Assembly: GCA_020536535.1 (NCBI GenBank)
Contig: JAHLWZ010000795.1
Location: 99,913-163,912 of the forward strand
Direction: 5' to 3'
Length of the DNA: 64,000 bases
Source: Pelomyxa schiedti
Taxonomy: Eukaryota; Protista; Evosea
The notes under the pieces: generated by a model
What the model saw: the letters and a program-made list of their open reading frames with translations, nothing else
The model's database searches: none
What the model was told of the DNA's origin: nothing
Program-made: the position numbers and the translations under genes
Shown here: one piece after another, positions 27,601-39,300 of the stretch
Numbering within the stretch: the first letter of the stretch is position 1
Layout of the letters: every line of letters starts with the position of its first letter

Positions 27601-30600
27601 CTCCCAGTTGTATTAAATGACACACCAAACTTGGGTGGGGGTCTCAAACTTCTGACTGAGCCAATGAAGGTTACTCTTCAACCAGGTCTTTTCATAAAAG
27701 CCAATTGTGCCTTTTCACTGACTTTTCATCTCTATCACTAGACCCTTCTGAAACAGAATTAAAGCCAATAACTGAAGAATCTGTCCCAATTGAAGCTCTA
27801 GCCACAATAGCAGCAATAGAGGACTACCTTTGGCCTAAAGTCTGTCCCGAAACCTCCGCACGGATTCCCCCAAGAAATGTGGCTAGTAGTGGTGGCTTGG
27901 ATAATTCGGCCTCTACTTCTGCAGCCTCTGCTACTGCCTCCACACCAGCGAAATCTGCAACTAAAGCACCAGTGGATGTACCAGCTCCGCCTCAAGGTAC
28001 TGAAAAAGCCTCCAAAATGGAAAATGAAGGTGAAGGTGCAATACAAAAAGACGCAAAAAGGCCAAAAACTGTAACACAATCACTGCAACCTCCAGGGGAT
28101 GGGGATGAACAAGAAGTATTCGCCTCTAAACAAAACTGTAGTAACTCAGCAACTTCTAGGAGCAGGAGGAAGACCAAGAGCGCGATTTTATGGAGGATGT
28201 CTCTGTTCGAGATGTTAACATCACAGGTGCCTTCTCTTTCCCTTAATTCTCAAGTTGATTGGTTTTACAGAGGAAATACCTACCCAACCAGCTACTGCAA
28301 CAACTAGCACGACTTCATCATCTTCAAATTTAACTACATCATCTTCAAATACCCCAACAACATCAAAATCCGCTACCCCTCCACAGCAGAATCGGCACCT
28401 CGTTTTTTCCTTTAATGGGGAAGAGCTGGCCACATCAAGTACTTTCTACGAAATTGTTCAGAATTTTGTGTTTCCCAGCTCAGGTAGTGTATCCACAATT
28501 TTTTATTTGGTATCTAATATTGCTCTCTTAGATTCTACATCCAGTCTCCGCCCTGTTCAACAGCTGTGGGATGTTTCACACGTATTTACATATAAACAAG
28601 CAAAATTGTCTTCTAGACCAACGCCCGATGCCGTTCCAGTCTCTCCTTCAGTGAAGCGTAAGCATGACTGGCACTACTTAACAGTCTGACATCTCTCTCT
28701 AGTAATGCCAGTTGAATCCAACCCCTTCTTATTCCAACTACTATCATTTGTGCCACCCCTTCCTCTTGTTGATACAACAAGTGAAATAATTGCTTTGTTG
28801 TATGTGCTTCATTCAATCTCCAAAAATGCGCACTCTATATGTGACACAGTCCTCCCGAATCATGTACTGCTATCTTTATTCCCACCAGAGTTAACAATGC
28901 CACAGGTTCTTGTAACACCTGTCGAATTTGTCAACCAGAAGCTTGCTTATAAGCTTTTACGCCAGCTTCAAGACCCGCTAACAGTGTGCGGGAGGTGCTT
29001 ACCACCTTGGACGCATGCTTTGTGCACGAGGTGCTCCTTTTTGTTTCCATTAGATTGCAGGCAAATGTACTTTCATTGCACATCATTTGGGATGGCTCAT
29101 GCACTCCATGTATTTACCAAATGGGAGTACCCTTTTCCCCTGTTAACAATATGAAGGTTGTGAAAGAGAAAGAGAAAGCAGAGCAAGTAGGTTCCGCTAG
29201 AGATAACAATAGAGAATCAGACAGACTTGGCAGGATCCCCCGCCAAAAAGTACAGTAACTTGTTTCATCTTACATAACCAATCGACAGGTGAGAATAGAG
29301 CGATCACAAATTTTACCATCTGCAATGAAAGTTATGGAACTAGGAAATCACAAATCAATACTTGAGGTTCAATATTTTGGGGAAGAAGGAACTGGATTGG
29401 TAAGACTATAATTTCCCTTAACTTTTTACTAACAATCCAAGGGGCCAACCTTGGAGTTTTTCACGCTCGTTTCACACGAAATTCAAAGAGACTGGCTCGA
29501 TATTTGGTACAACGAAAATGGAAAACCTCCACCACCCCCTCCTCCTGGAGAGACCTTTATCTCGAGTGCAAGTACCACAAACTTCGTGGATGCTCCTGGT
29601 GGACTTTTCCCTGCCCCGGTCCACAGGCACCTACATTAATTTCTCTGCTCCTTTTTATGAAATTCAGAGACAAATGGGATACGGTGAATAAGCACAGAGT
29701 TGATATTAGACTACCCACACTAGATGATATATTTTTCTTCCTTGGTAAAATAACAGCCAAGGCAATAATGGACCAGAGGTTTCTCGACTTGCACTTCTCT
29801 GTATCTTTCTCACACTTGTTTGAAACAATCTCACCGTAAACAGAGGGCGTTCTACAAGTGGATGCTGGGCAAATCTCTTTCACTAGGTGACTTTGCACAG
29901 TTATCGGTTTTTGGAAAAAACTTGGTGTGTTTGAGATTTAACTCCCAGCTGTTTGCTTACTTCCCACAGGCCAAACTTGTAGATATTAGTAAACAGTTCA
30001 TCTGCATCACTCACTCTTCTAGTCTATCAGCAGAAGACAAAGCAGTGCAATTGTCAAAGTTGAAAGTGGGTGAAACAACTGTTGAGGACCTTTATCTTGA
30101 CTTTACTCTACCAACTGACCAGGAGTGGGAATTAATTGTAAGAATTTTTTTTTAACCCTCGTTTAACAGCAAAACAACCTGTAACAGGAGAATGGAAAGA
30201 ATGTACCTGTAACATTAGATACACTTTCCGATTACCTGGATCGTGTGGTTCAAACAATGTTGATTGGTGGGGTAGCAAGGCAGCTGGATTGTTTCTTCAA
30301 AGGTTTCCAGGCTGTGTTCCCCATCAAATCACTGAGTGTTTTCACTGAGGATGAACTGGAACTTCAACTATGTGGATGTGATGATACACCATGGACACAA
30401 GAAGGTGCCGCACTATCCCCACATTTCCCCCTCCATACTCATTTACCCTTAGCCCTACGGGAAAGTATAACACTTGATCACGGTTACACATGGGAGAGTC
30501 CTGCAGTTCAATACTTGATTTCTATTATGTCTCAGTTCACCAAAGAGGAAAGAAGGCAGTTTGTTTTGTTCCTTACAGGGAGCCCCAATTTACCTCCTGG

Positions 30601-30853
30601 AGGTACATACATATCATCAATGCCACTTGTACTAACCAAATAAACAATAGGATTCAATGGGTTAAATCCCCGATGCACAGTTGTACAACAGACACACGAA
30701 AGTCAATCGTCACTTATTGTTGACCACTATCTCCCAACAGTCAATTGCTGCTTCTACTATCTCAAATTACCCAGCTACTCCACACGGGAAATCATGAAAG
30801 AAAAGCTGCTGTATACAATCTACTTTGGTCAAAACTGCTTTGATAAGTCTTAG
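24676..30853 (+). CDS. HECT E3 ubiquitin ligase of the TRIP12/UPL3/Ufd4 type (ARM repeats plus HECT domain)
   Basis: QLLAVATEENL, GVSTFEFIDSGLI, LATIAAIEDYLWP, FVNQKLAYKLLRQLQDPL, RLGRIPRQKV, EVQYFGEEGTGLGPTLEFF, DHGYT..S, FLTGSPNLPPGG and LPTVNCCFYYLKLPSYS...FDKS*. The start codon is uncertain. Confidence 0.93.
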
Positions 30854-30918
30854 CTGTGCGTAACTTCAAAAAGAAAAACTTTTTTTTTGGAATTGTTTGC
30901 AAAAAAGGGTGGATTGGT

Positions 30919-32807
30919 TCAAGTATTTTTGAATAGGTTCCGGCAGTCGCATTGCATAAGAACGCCCAGGGCTTCAGGAGTGAGGGGTGCTGACTGCGAA
31001 AAATAAAAGCTCTCTGCCTCTTCCCTGCTGTCAAAAGACCTTTTAATTAAATTGTGAGAATTAAAAGGAAACAGGGAGTGTAGGATATTGAAGAATACGT
31101 TATAAAGTGGCCACAGCGAGCAAGCCAATAGGGTTCGAGATACTTTTTCCTTATTTCCATGCACCACAATGCGCAGTCCAAGTCATGCAGTGATGGAATT
31201 TGTGCCTCTTGTGCACTGGCTGTGCTTGACACAATGTGCTCCAGGGAGTCCATATCTTCCGCACTCAGAACCACACCCTCCAACACACCAAATTGCACGT
31301 TTCTGTTGTGGAAGATGACTTGGCCTCGGGTTGGATGGCTATTGGATACATAGTGGCCATTGCATATAGAATGATAAGGTGCCCCATTGAGAGTGACTGC
31401 AGAACAGTAATTGCAGTACTCCCAGTAGCCATCCCAGATGAATTTATTTTGTTCTTCAAACACTTTTTCCAGTTTAAATAGCAGGAGCGTGTTCGGTGGT
31501 CCGACAACTCTCTGGGGAGGTATATTCCACACTATGGCACTGTGCCGGTTGAGAATGACTATCAGTAAAAAAGGGGGGAACCTCCATCTTGACGGCTCTC
31601 TGTGTAAATACTTGTGTCTTACATTGTTGCTTGGGGCGAAAGGATTCTTCACTTGGCTTCCTACATGGAATCCATAAACTGTGCACACCCATATATCATT
31701 TCTCTCTTCAGTTCTATTCAAGGAAGTGCAGATAACAGGAGTGCCATTTGCAAGTAACCGTCGGATTCCTCCTTGTTCTTCCAACCAAGTCTCCAATCAA
31801 AAAGAGAGAGGAATGAAAGTGTCAGGAAAAAAGCACAGAAAAAAAAAAATAGCACACAGACTCTGTGAAGAAGGAACCCTGGTTGATTAAAAATCGCACA
31901 ACTAAAGTTGACATTTTGACTGAAGACTATTGTTAAGCAATGCTTAATCGAACACATACATACTTTGAGGAGAGATAATTTTCCAAGGTATCATGGACCC
32001 TGGACACAACTGCACTGCCATCGAATATAGCCTCTTCTTGACTCATTTCATCTCCAACCAAATACAGACCAATCGCGGAAGACATTACTGGTGGATCAGC
32101 ATGTTCCACCTCAAGAATGGAGTTGAAGCCAAGCAGGGACGGAATTACTGCATACATGCACGTGTCGTCAATAACACGGCACCCACCAACCAGCACTCTC
32201 ATGACAGAGGAATCACACTGCAAACTCACGCTTGTTGCGGGGATGCATGCTGAGGAAGAAGTGGGACCGGACATATGTAGACCACAAAAGCGATGCACTG
32301 AGAATCCAACAGTGAGAGGAGCAAAAAGTAACTCCATCAATGGTGGGTATCCTTGTCCTCTATTGCCAAGGGGAAAAAACAAAATAAAATAAAATAAAAT
32401 AAAATCGTTACTAATTGCCAAACCAGTTTACGTTACGACGAAGTACTATTGTTACTAAAAGTAGGGAAATACTCGGAGCAGTTGCTTCCGCTGGCCGTCG
32501 CTGCGCCCTCGCAGCCCTTTTCCCCTCCGTCGCCGCTGTCCGCGCTTGGCTTCAACTCCATTCTGTCCCCACCTACGGCATCGGCATCGGTCTCGGCGGT
32601 GGTGGTGCACTGCTCTGCGGAGAGGTTCAGGCCCAGGTCCATGCCCAGTGCCCATTTGGCGCAGCGAGATGCCAGCCTGCGGCACTCGTCGTCCGGGTCG
32701 ACAACTTCACCTTCACGGTTGTGGGTGGTGTGCCTTGGTACTACTGCGCTCTGTGGACGACAGCAAGCGCAATAGAAGCATACGCCGTTGTCACCAGGCT
32801 TGTTCAT
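30919..32807 (-). CDS. Hypothetical multi-exon protein
   Basis: Chain of protein-like minus-strand ORFs (32433-32807, 31933-32370, 31047-31796, 30919-31040) separated by AT-rich GT-AG intron-like gaps. No recognised domain. Confidence 0.6.
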
Positions 32808-33140
32808 GGCTTTTGAGATTTGTCTTCTGGGAACAACTTTCTTAAGATCCCTCATTAGGCAATGGGTCTGAGGGTTGTCTGTCGTGGCTAAAGATACAGT
32901 ACGATAGCGGAGGAAAGGTTGTTCTATTTTGATGTCGCTAACTGGGCATTCTAGTGCTGCAACTTTCAATGCCACAGCTGCTTTGACCTCCAATAAAAGA
33001 GCCAGCCATCCAATTGGTGTCACCCACCGGAGTGCTACGACGGAAAGAAGGGTCGATTTATGAAAGAGACCAGGCATTCCGCCTATTTCTAGCTGTTATA
33101 CTGTTAACGCGAAAAAGTTTGGATATGGTTAATAGTTCAC

Positions 33141-34262
33141 ATGTTGCAACCTGAAAGAGCGGGCGGGTCAACCGTACGGATCGATGCGCGTAGCCAGTTT
33201 GTTGGGCTCGGGGTTGGAGCGATTGTGGGGCGGTGCGGAGCGGGCAGTCCCATAAGTGTGGTAACGCCTTCGTTGCTGTCTTACATAGGCCGCGAGTGGG
33301 TGGTGTTCCCGTCCCATCACGTGACCCTACACGTACCTCTCGAGGATGAGAGGCACAGTTTCGTGGTCTTTGCACTGTCTCCCACAATCGGGATTGTCAC
33401 TGGCCCTCGTGTTGTGCGTTGCAGCGTGGACTTTGTGGAGGTGACTGTTGATTCCGGATTGGTGGTGATGCAGACGCCAAGTCGGGAAAACACCTTTTTA
33501 TGGGACCTACTAGTTGCTGACCTCACTGCCACAGTTGCAGACGAAATTGGGCTTGCAGAATTCACCAACATTCCAACTGGTTTCAATCGCAGGTATGACA
33601 GGCTAGTGTGCAACAGGGAATGGGTGGTACACTTCAAAAGCGACGTCATGTCAATTTGGAAACTGTCACGTATTGGCGACGGTCCCATTTCTGTTCCAGG
33701 TGACAGACGTGATTACTTTGCTGAGTTTCTTGAAGGGCCAAACTCCAATTTGTGGGCACCGCCCTCTTCATCAGAACCTCGTCTTGATATCTTTGATTTG
33801 TCAGCCTGTTATTCAAGCAAATCTATGTGTTTGGTATACAGCGTGCCAGTGCCAGGGATACAAGCAGCCTTCCAAATGTGGTGCTGGGATAACAAGGTCT
33901 ATGTCTACACATCTCCGTCAGATCCGTCAGATTTCAGTGAGAACCGGATAGTGGTATGTGCCACAACGGACCAGGTGTTGGCCACTGTGGCCCACTTTGA
34001 AGAACTCACCTACCTTGGACATGGCTACTTTTCACTTGGAGAAGAAGACAACCCTAACGTCACCATTTATCACGTGCGTGATCCTACCAGGCCACTGTGT
34101 ACCAGTGAAAATGTGTACTGCAGAGGTTCACAGGCCAGCATTAGTGATGAGGTGATTACAACTAGGACTGCAAATGAGATATCAGCCTTTGATGCCCTCA
34201 CTGGTACATACATCTTCACAGTATCTGTTCCTGATGTGCCCTCCTTTGACTGTGCGGACTAG
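33141..34262 (+). CDS. Intronless hypothetical protein (373 aa) with N-terminal DARSQF...RCG..SP motif and beta-rich body
   Basis: Uninterrupted ATG-initiated ORF. N-terminal IDARSQFVGLGVGAIVGRCGAGSPISVVTPSLLSYIGREWVV resembles ORF 2321-3592. Confidence 0.8.
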   Translation: MLQPERAGGSTVRIDARSQFVGLGVGAIVGRCGAGSPISVVTPSLLSYIGREWVVFPSHHVTLHVPLEDERHSFVVFALSPTIGIVTGPRVVRCSVDFVEVTVDSGLVVMQTPSRENTFLWDLLVADLTATVADEIGLAEFTNIPTGFNRRYDRLVCNREWVVHFKSDVMSIWKLSRIGDGPISVPGDRRDYFAEFLEGPNSNLWAPPSSSEPRLDIFDLSACYSSKSMCLVYSVPVPGIQAAFQMWCWDNKVYVYTSPSDPSDFSENRIVVCATTDQVLATVAHFEELTYLGHGYFSLGEEDNPNVTIYHVRDPTRPLCTSENVYCRGSQASISDEVITTRTANEISAFDALTGTYIFTVSVPDVPSFDCAD

Positions 34263-34347
34263 GAAATTTTGAAACCAAAACACAATCAAAAAAAACTTTT
34301 TGAATTACTGAATGAACCATACAGTTTGCCGCCGAGGAAAAGGTCTC

Positions 34348-36153
34348 TCAGTCGGGCAGAATTTCACCCGTCAACCCCTCAAACACCTTTATGCCTTGAA
34401 GAACAGCTGTTGTATGTAAGTTTCATTGAATAAAGTGATTGCTGATTACCTTCACCCATTGAATAGTATCTAAAGGAAGGAATAAGTATACAAAAAAGGA
34501 AAAAAAGTGCTTACGCAAAGTCACCCAGTCTTCCAGCAAACACTATTTTATGTTCCTCAACTTGCATAAGAGGCTCTGCCTCCACCTTATATTGTGCAAG
34601 GATGTCCAGGTTTGCTTTGGTCAAGATTGGATACAGGAGGGGGCCTTTTATTGAAGGCGTTTCCTTCACAATTGTTGTGGTGTTAGCATGCTGCCTTGTA
34701 GTGTGTTTCATTTCGACAATGTCGGAGAACTTATAGTCATTTGGGTAATTCACAACAGCCGCCTTCTGAAAAAATTGCATATCCAACCTGTGGTTCTCAA
34801 AGGTAAGAGACCGGTAGGCAAGGTGACCATAATTAAAGGCAAAGAACTCATCAATTGGGCTAGTGACGATGACATGTTTCCAAGTGTACGCATTGAGTGC
34901 CGTGGCAATCTTACTGTACGCTGTGTTCAAAAGTACATTGATGTTTGGATGATACAGCATTACTTCAAACAAGTGGGTGTACCCATGAGCAGGGAGTCCT
35001 TGAAACCATTCATCTGAGCTGAAAAGGTCAAAAGAGCAGATATCAAAATTGTTTCAATTGAATGGAATATAAAAAAAGGGTTTTGGGTTGAAAGAGAGAA
35101 GCCGCACCTGTAGAATGCCTCATCCGTGCTGCTTTTTGGCATGGGCATGCCTTTAACAACACTGGGATCCAGTTGCTGAGGAGGAAGTCCCCATTTCTTT
35201 GTGGTATAGTTTTTGTACACGAGGTCATACAGTTCCAACCCCACCGTCGAAAGGAGCAGTTGCTCCGCGTTTTGGCAGGTTTCGGCCGTGCAACTGAAGC
35301 CTTTCTGGAAATCCATTGCCTGCCTTCGCTGGTCGACGAGCCACGCGTCAGCCTCAGAGTCCGAGTGGAAGTCCGCGTTGAACAGGACATTCAAGGAGTT
35401 GCGGTTCGGCGGGAACGGCACCTGCACGCCCGCGACGCTCACGAGCTCCTTATGGGTCGCGCCCCTCCACTTGTCGAACAGAGACAGCAGCCTGATGACG
35501 CGCCTGTCGCCCGTGTGCAGCACGTGCGGGCCGAACTTGTGCACGAGCACGCCGGACGCGTCGCACTCGTCGTAGCACAGGCCGCCGACGCGCGGCGCCT
35601 TCTCGATCACGAGCACGCGCCGGCCCGAGTCGGCCAGCAGCCTCGCGGCCACCGCGCCCGTCAGCCCCGCGCCGACCACGAGGTAGTCGTACTTGCCGTA
35701 GGGCACGGCGTCGTAGTTGACCAGGGTCTCCCGCGAGGCCGCGCAGATGTCGATCTCCTCTTCCTCGGCGTTGGCGTCGGCGTCGGGGGCTTCGGGGTCG
35801 TCGCCGGCCTCGGCGTCGCGGTCGCAGTCGCGATTGAGGTTGGCCAGGAGGTCCATGTTGACGACTTGCTCGCGGCAGGTCTTGAGCGTGGCGAAGCAGG
35901 CGTCGAGGTCGGTCGTCGTCTCGAACACCACGTCGGCGTCGGGGCACGTGGTCTGGATGACGGGAAGGGTGGGGACGGCGGGGCACTTGCGGAACAGCAC
36001 GAGCCACGCCAGGCCCGCCGCCTGCGCCGCGATGACGAGCACGACGAGAGCGTTGCCGACGGTGCACCACGACGACGAACTAGCACCCGACGAGGACGCC
36101 CCGGAGTCGCCCCTGTTGCCTGCCGTGGCCCCAACACCCGCACGGTGGTGCAT
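34348..36153 (-). CDS. glf: Bacterial-type UDP-galactopyranose mutase homolog with N-terminal type II membrane anchor
   Basis: YDYLVVGAGLTGAVAA (FAD binding), GGLCYD, VHKFGPHVLHT, YTTKKWG, FQGLPAHGYT, HLAYRSLTFE, AVVNYP and FAGRLGDFA|YYSMGE|AV. TM segment ALVVLVIAAQAAGLAWLVLF near the N-terminus. Three introns; stop at 34348. Confidence 0.88.
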
Positions 36154-36324
36154 TTCTTTTCTCTGAAGCTCGCAAGATCTGGGCCGATGCGGAAGAACGA
36201 ACAGGTTCTTCTGCAGGCTGGTTCCCTTGAGGGGTACTTGGGATTCCCAACCTTGCAGACTCTAGAGTACTTACTGACATCAGAGGCTGTTTGCCAAATT
36301 TTTTGAGGAACAAACCGCAGGTCC
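36154..36324. promoter_or_regulatory. Putative compact bidirectional promoter between the UGM-like and Clu-WD40 genes
   Basis: Only 171 bp separate the divergent ATGs at 36153 (-) and 36325 (+). Both first exons are GC/CpG-rich. Confidence 0.5.
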
Positions 36325-39300
36325 ATGGACGCCATACCGCCGCGTGACCCCGCCCAGCAGCACGACGCCTATGCTTTAGGCAGTTCTCTAGGCGCTTCCC
36401 CGGCGTCCTCTGGCCCCTCGGAGGGTACACCAACCACGGCCGCTGCCGCGTCAGCCGCGCCCGTGGGCCACAGCGCCCCCGCCACAAATGCAACCACGAC
36501 CACGTCCACCACAGCAGCGTACAGCCCCCACAACATCACCACCAACGGCGGGGAGGGGGAGCCGTACCACCTACGCGAGAACCTGCAACAGCAGCAGCAG
36601 CAGCAACAACCGCACCAACAACAACCACCACAACAGCCACTCCTGCTGCAATTCCAGCTGCAGCAACAACCGGGCCTGGGCCAGCCCGACTTATACGAAG
36701 GTAACTGGACAGGCGGCGTCACGGCAGACGGGCGCCGCGTGTGGGTCGCAGCGGGGCCGGGGCCGGGAGGGGGGGTGCCAGGAGGGGGAGGGGGCCGCGT
36801 CGTGGTCCCCTACGTCCCCAGCATCCGCAGGTCGCGCCAGTACCTATACTACTACGACCCAAGCCACGGCTACTACGACTCCTCGCTGCCCAGTAGCGCT
36901 TCTCACACGAGCGCGGCACCCTCGGCATCATCGCCGGCAACGACCCCGCGGAGCCCCAGCATCGCCATCAACGCCAGCACCACCAGCTCCAGCAGCATCA
37001 CCAACACTTCGGTTGGAGCGGACAGAATGCACGCGGCCAGCGGCGGTGGCGCAGCCGTTTCGCCGCCGGCGTGGTACCAACAGACCGGGGGAACGATCCC
37101 AGCAAAACTCAACACTGGCACTGATAATGCAGCACCAATAATATCGATATCAACCGCCTCTGTGAGTGCCATGATGCCGGCTTTGCCCGCCACTGCGCCC
37201 TCGACAGTTAATTCTATGATGAATTCTGCGGCTCTGAGCTCTTTCTCTGTAATGACTCCGGGAAGTTCGGATTTGCCTCTTGCCTCAAATTTGACCAGGG
37301 GAACTGAACCAGAGCAACTGCGTGCAGCACCTACCTCTGGGGTTCCCTCGTATCCCCAAGCCTTGCCTCATGTAAATACAACTTCACCACTTGGCTCTAA
37401 CAACCCTTCACTTGTATCCACTACAAACACCTATCCCTCAGTACAACCACTAGTCCCTTCCAGTGCCGCCCCCACTGCGACACTTGACGGAAGCCTACGC
37501 CAACACCGAGGAAAGGCCCACCTCCTGTCACAATTTGCCTCCCCCAAGTTGTCATCTACACCACCCACCCCCTCAGACCATGATGGATTCTCTTCATCCG
37601 AGGAATCTGATGAATCCTCATCGGATAGCGAAGGGGATGCACCAATTTGGGCTCCACATTATTTTCCAGGCAGTACTGCACCCCAAATCCCTGTGTCAGC
37701 TACCCAAATACCAGTACTCCCTTCACCCACAACTGAAGTACTGTCACTCCCACTCCCACAACACTCTGTATCATATGTTACAACACCCACCAGTGATATG
37801 TCTACGCCTCGCCTATCTACGATGCCACTAGCAGTTCCATCACTCCCTACCTCAGCAGTATCACCCCCTAGCTCTGCACAGCCTCTGATGTGGCAACACT
37901 TTGCTGAGCCATGCTACTGGAATGAAAGATTTCAAGTTCGTTTCTGGTCTTGAATGAGAAATAACAATGTATGCAGGACTTGATTTCCAGAATCAACCAA
38001 ATACGAGAATCAGATACAAGACAAACAAGGGTTCAAGAGGAAACTCTTTTAGCTTCCTTCAAAGTACGATTTTATTTGTCCTTGTAAGTACCCAAATCAC
38101 TCTAGGAACTGCGCGACCTTGCACATGACTTTGTGTATGCAGCCAGGTCATATGGTAACTAAAAACGACTTGAACAATGGAATAACTCTATTAGGCAAGA
38201 TTATTATCAGTGAAAAGTTCCTTCCATTCAAGCAGAAAACAATAACACCTGCATCAGTGGGGGGTGTTGCAGGTGGCACTAAGTGTATCCTTCATAACTA
38301 TTCCCTACTTTTTCTCCTGTAATTCCTTTACGCTTTCTCGATATTGTTGGTGGTATAATTTTCAAGTTCAACACTGATGAGCATGGATTGTATGTATATG
38401 TTATTCCATGCCCAAGTAACATTCTTTTTATGCAGGTATGGTGGTGATGAATACGCAGGTTTTACCTTACGCTTCTCCCATTGTCTGACAATCAGATAAA
38501 GCAAAAGCTGCTGCGCATGACCTTACTGGTACTACTGCTATGTTCAATACTGCCGTTCCTGGACTACACTTTCCTATTATGGGTACATTCCTTGCCTTTC
38601 GTTTACTTTTTTACCTTTTTTTTAGTTAGAATAAGCTATTTGGGCTGGACTATAACAGCAATGCCCCTTCTCCCGATTTCCAAAGTAGTGCTCCTTGCAC
38701 TTGTAGCACAACTCACTATTCAAGCAAACTCTGGCATATGGATCCTGTAATGCAGGGCATCTGGTGAAAAATTCTAACCATGATCTGGCTGAAAAAATTC
38801 AACTGGCAGCAAAAAGACTCAATCTGAAGGGACACACAGCAGGACGTAATCGTGAATATATTTATGGCCCAACAGGTATCTAATGTTAGAGGTACATATT
38901 TGAAGCATAACGAAGAAAAAAGACATTGAAGGGCATGTTGGGTATGATGGTAGATTCTACATCCTAGACCTTGCTCGCCTTTTCACACCCGAGACTCCAG
39001 ATGGTCGCACTAAGGGCAGCAATCTGTACAGATTGCTGAGGCCTGAGTTTGTGAGATCAAATCCAAGGTCTCTTTCCTCTGATGCACTGTCAGGTTTCAA
39101 CAGATTCGACACTTCAGGAAGTGCAAGTGATTTAGAGGCGAGACAAGCAACTGATAGGCTGAGGAAGGAGGTTTCTACCAAAAGCATCAAAAAATGACTT
39201 CTAAATTAATTCATGTAGATCATTCCTTGTTTTGCTGAGTGGCTTGAAACACGTTCTGGATTTGACAAGTTATCTTCGACAGATCCCCGTACTCTCACCT

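Noticed and set aside
35173-36306. Long antisense or alternative-frame ORFs (also 9074-9574, 17893-18576, 47334-48209)
   Set aside because: Shadow ORFs caused by high GC3 in the real genes; Arg/Gly/Val-rich with no domains.
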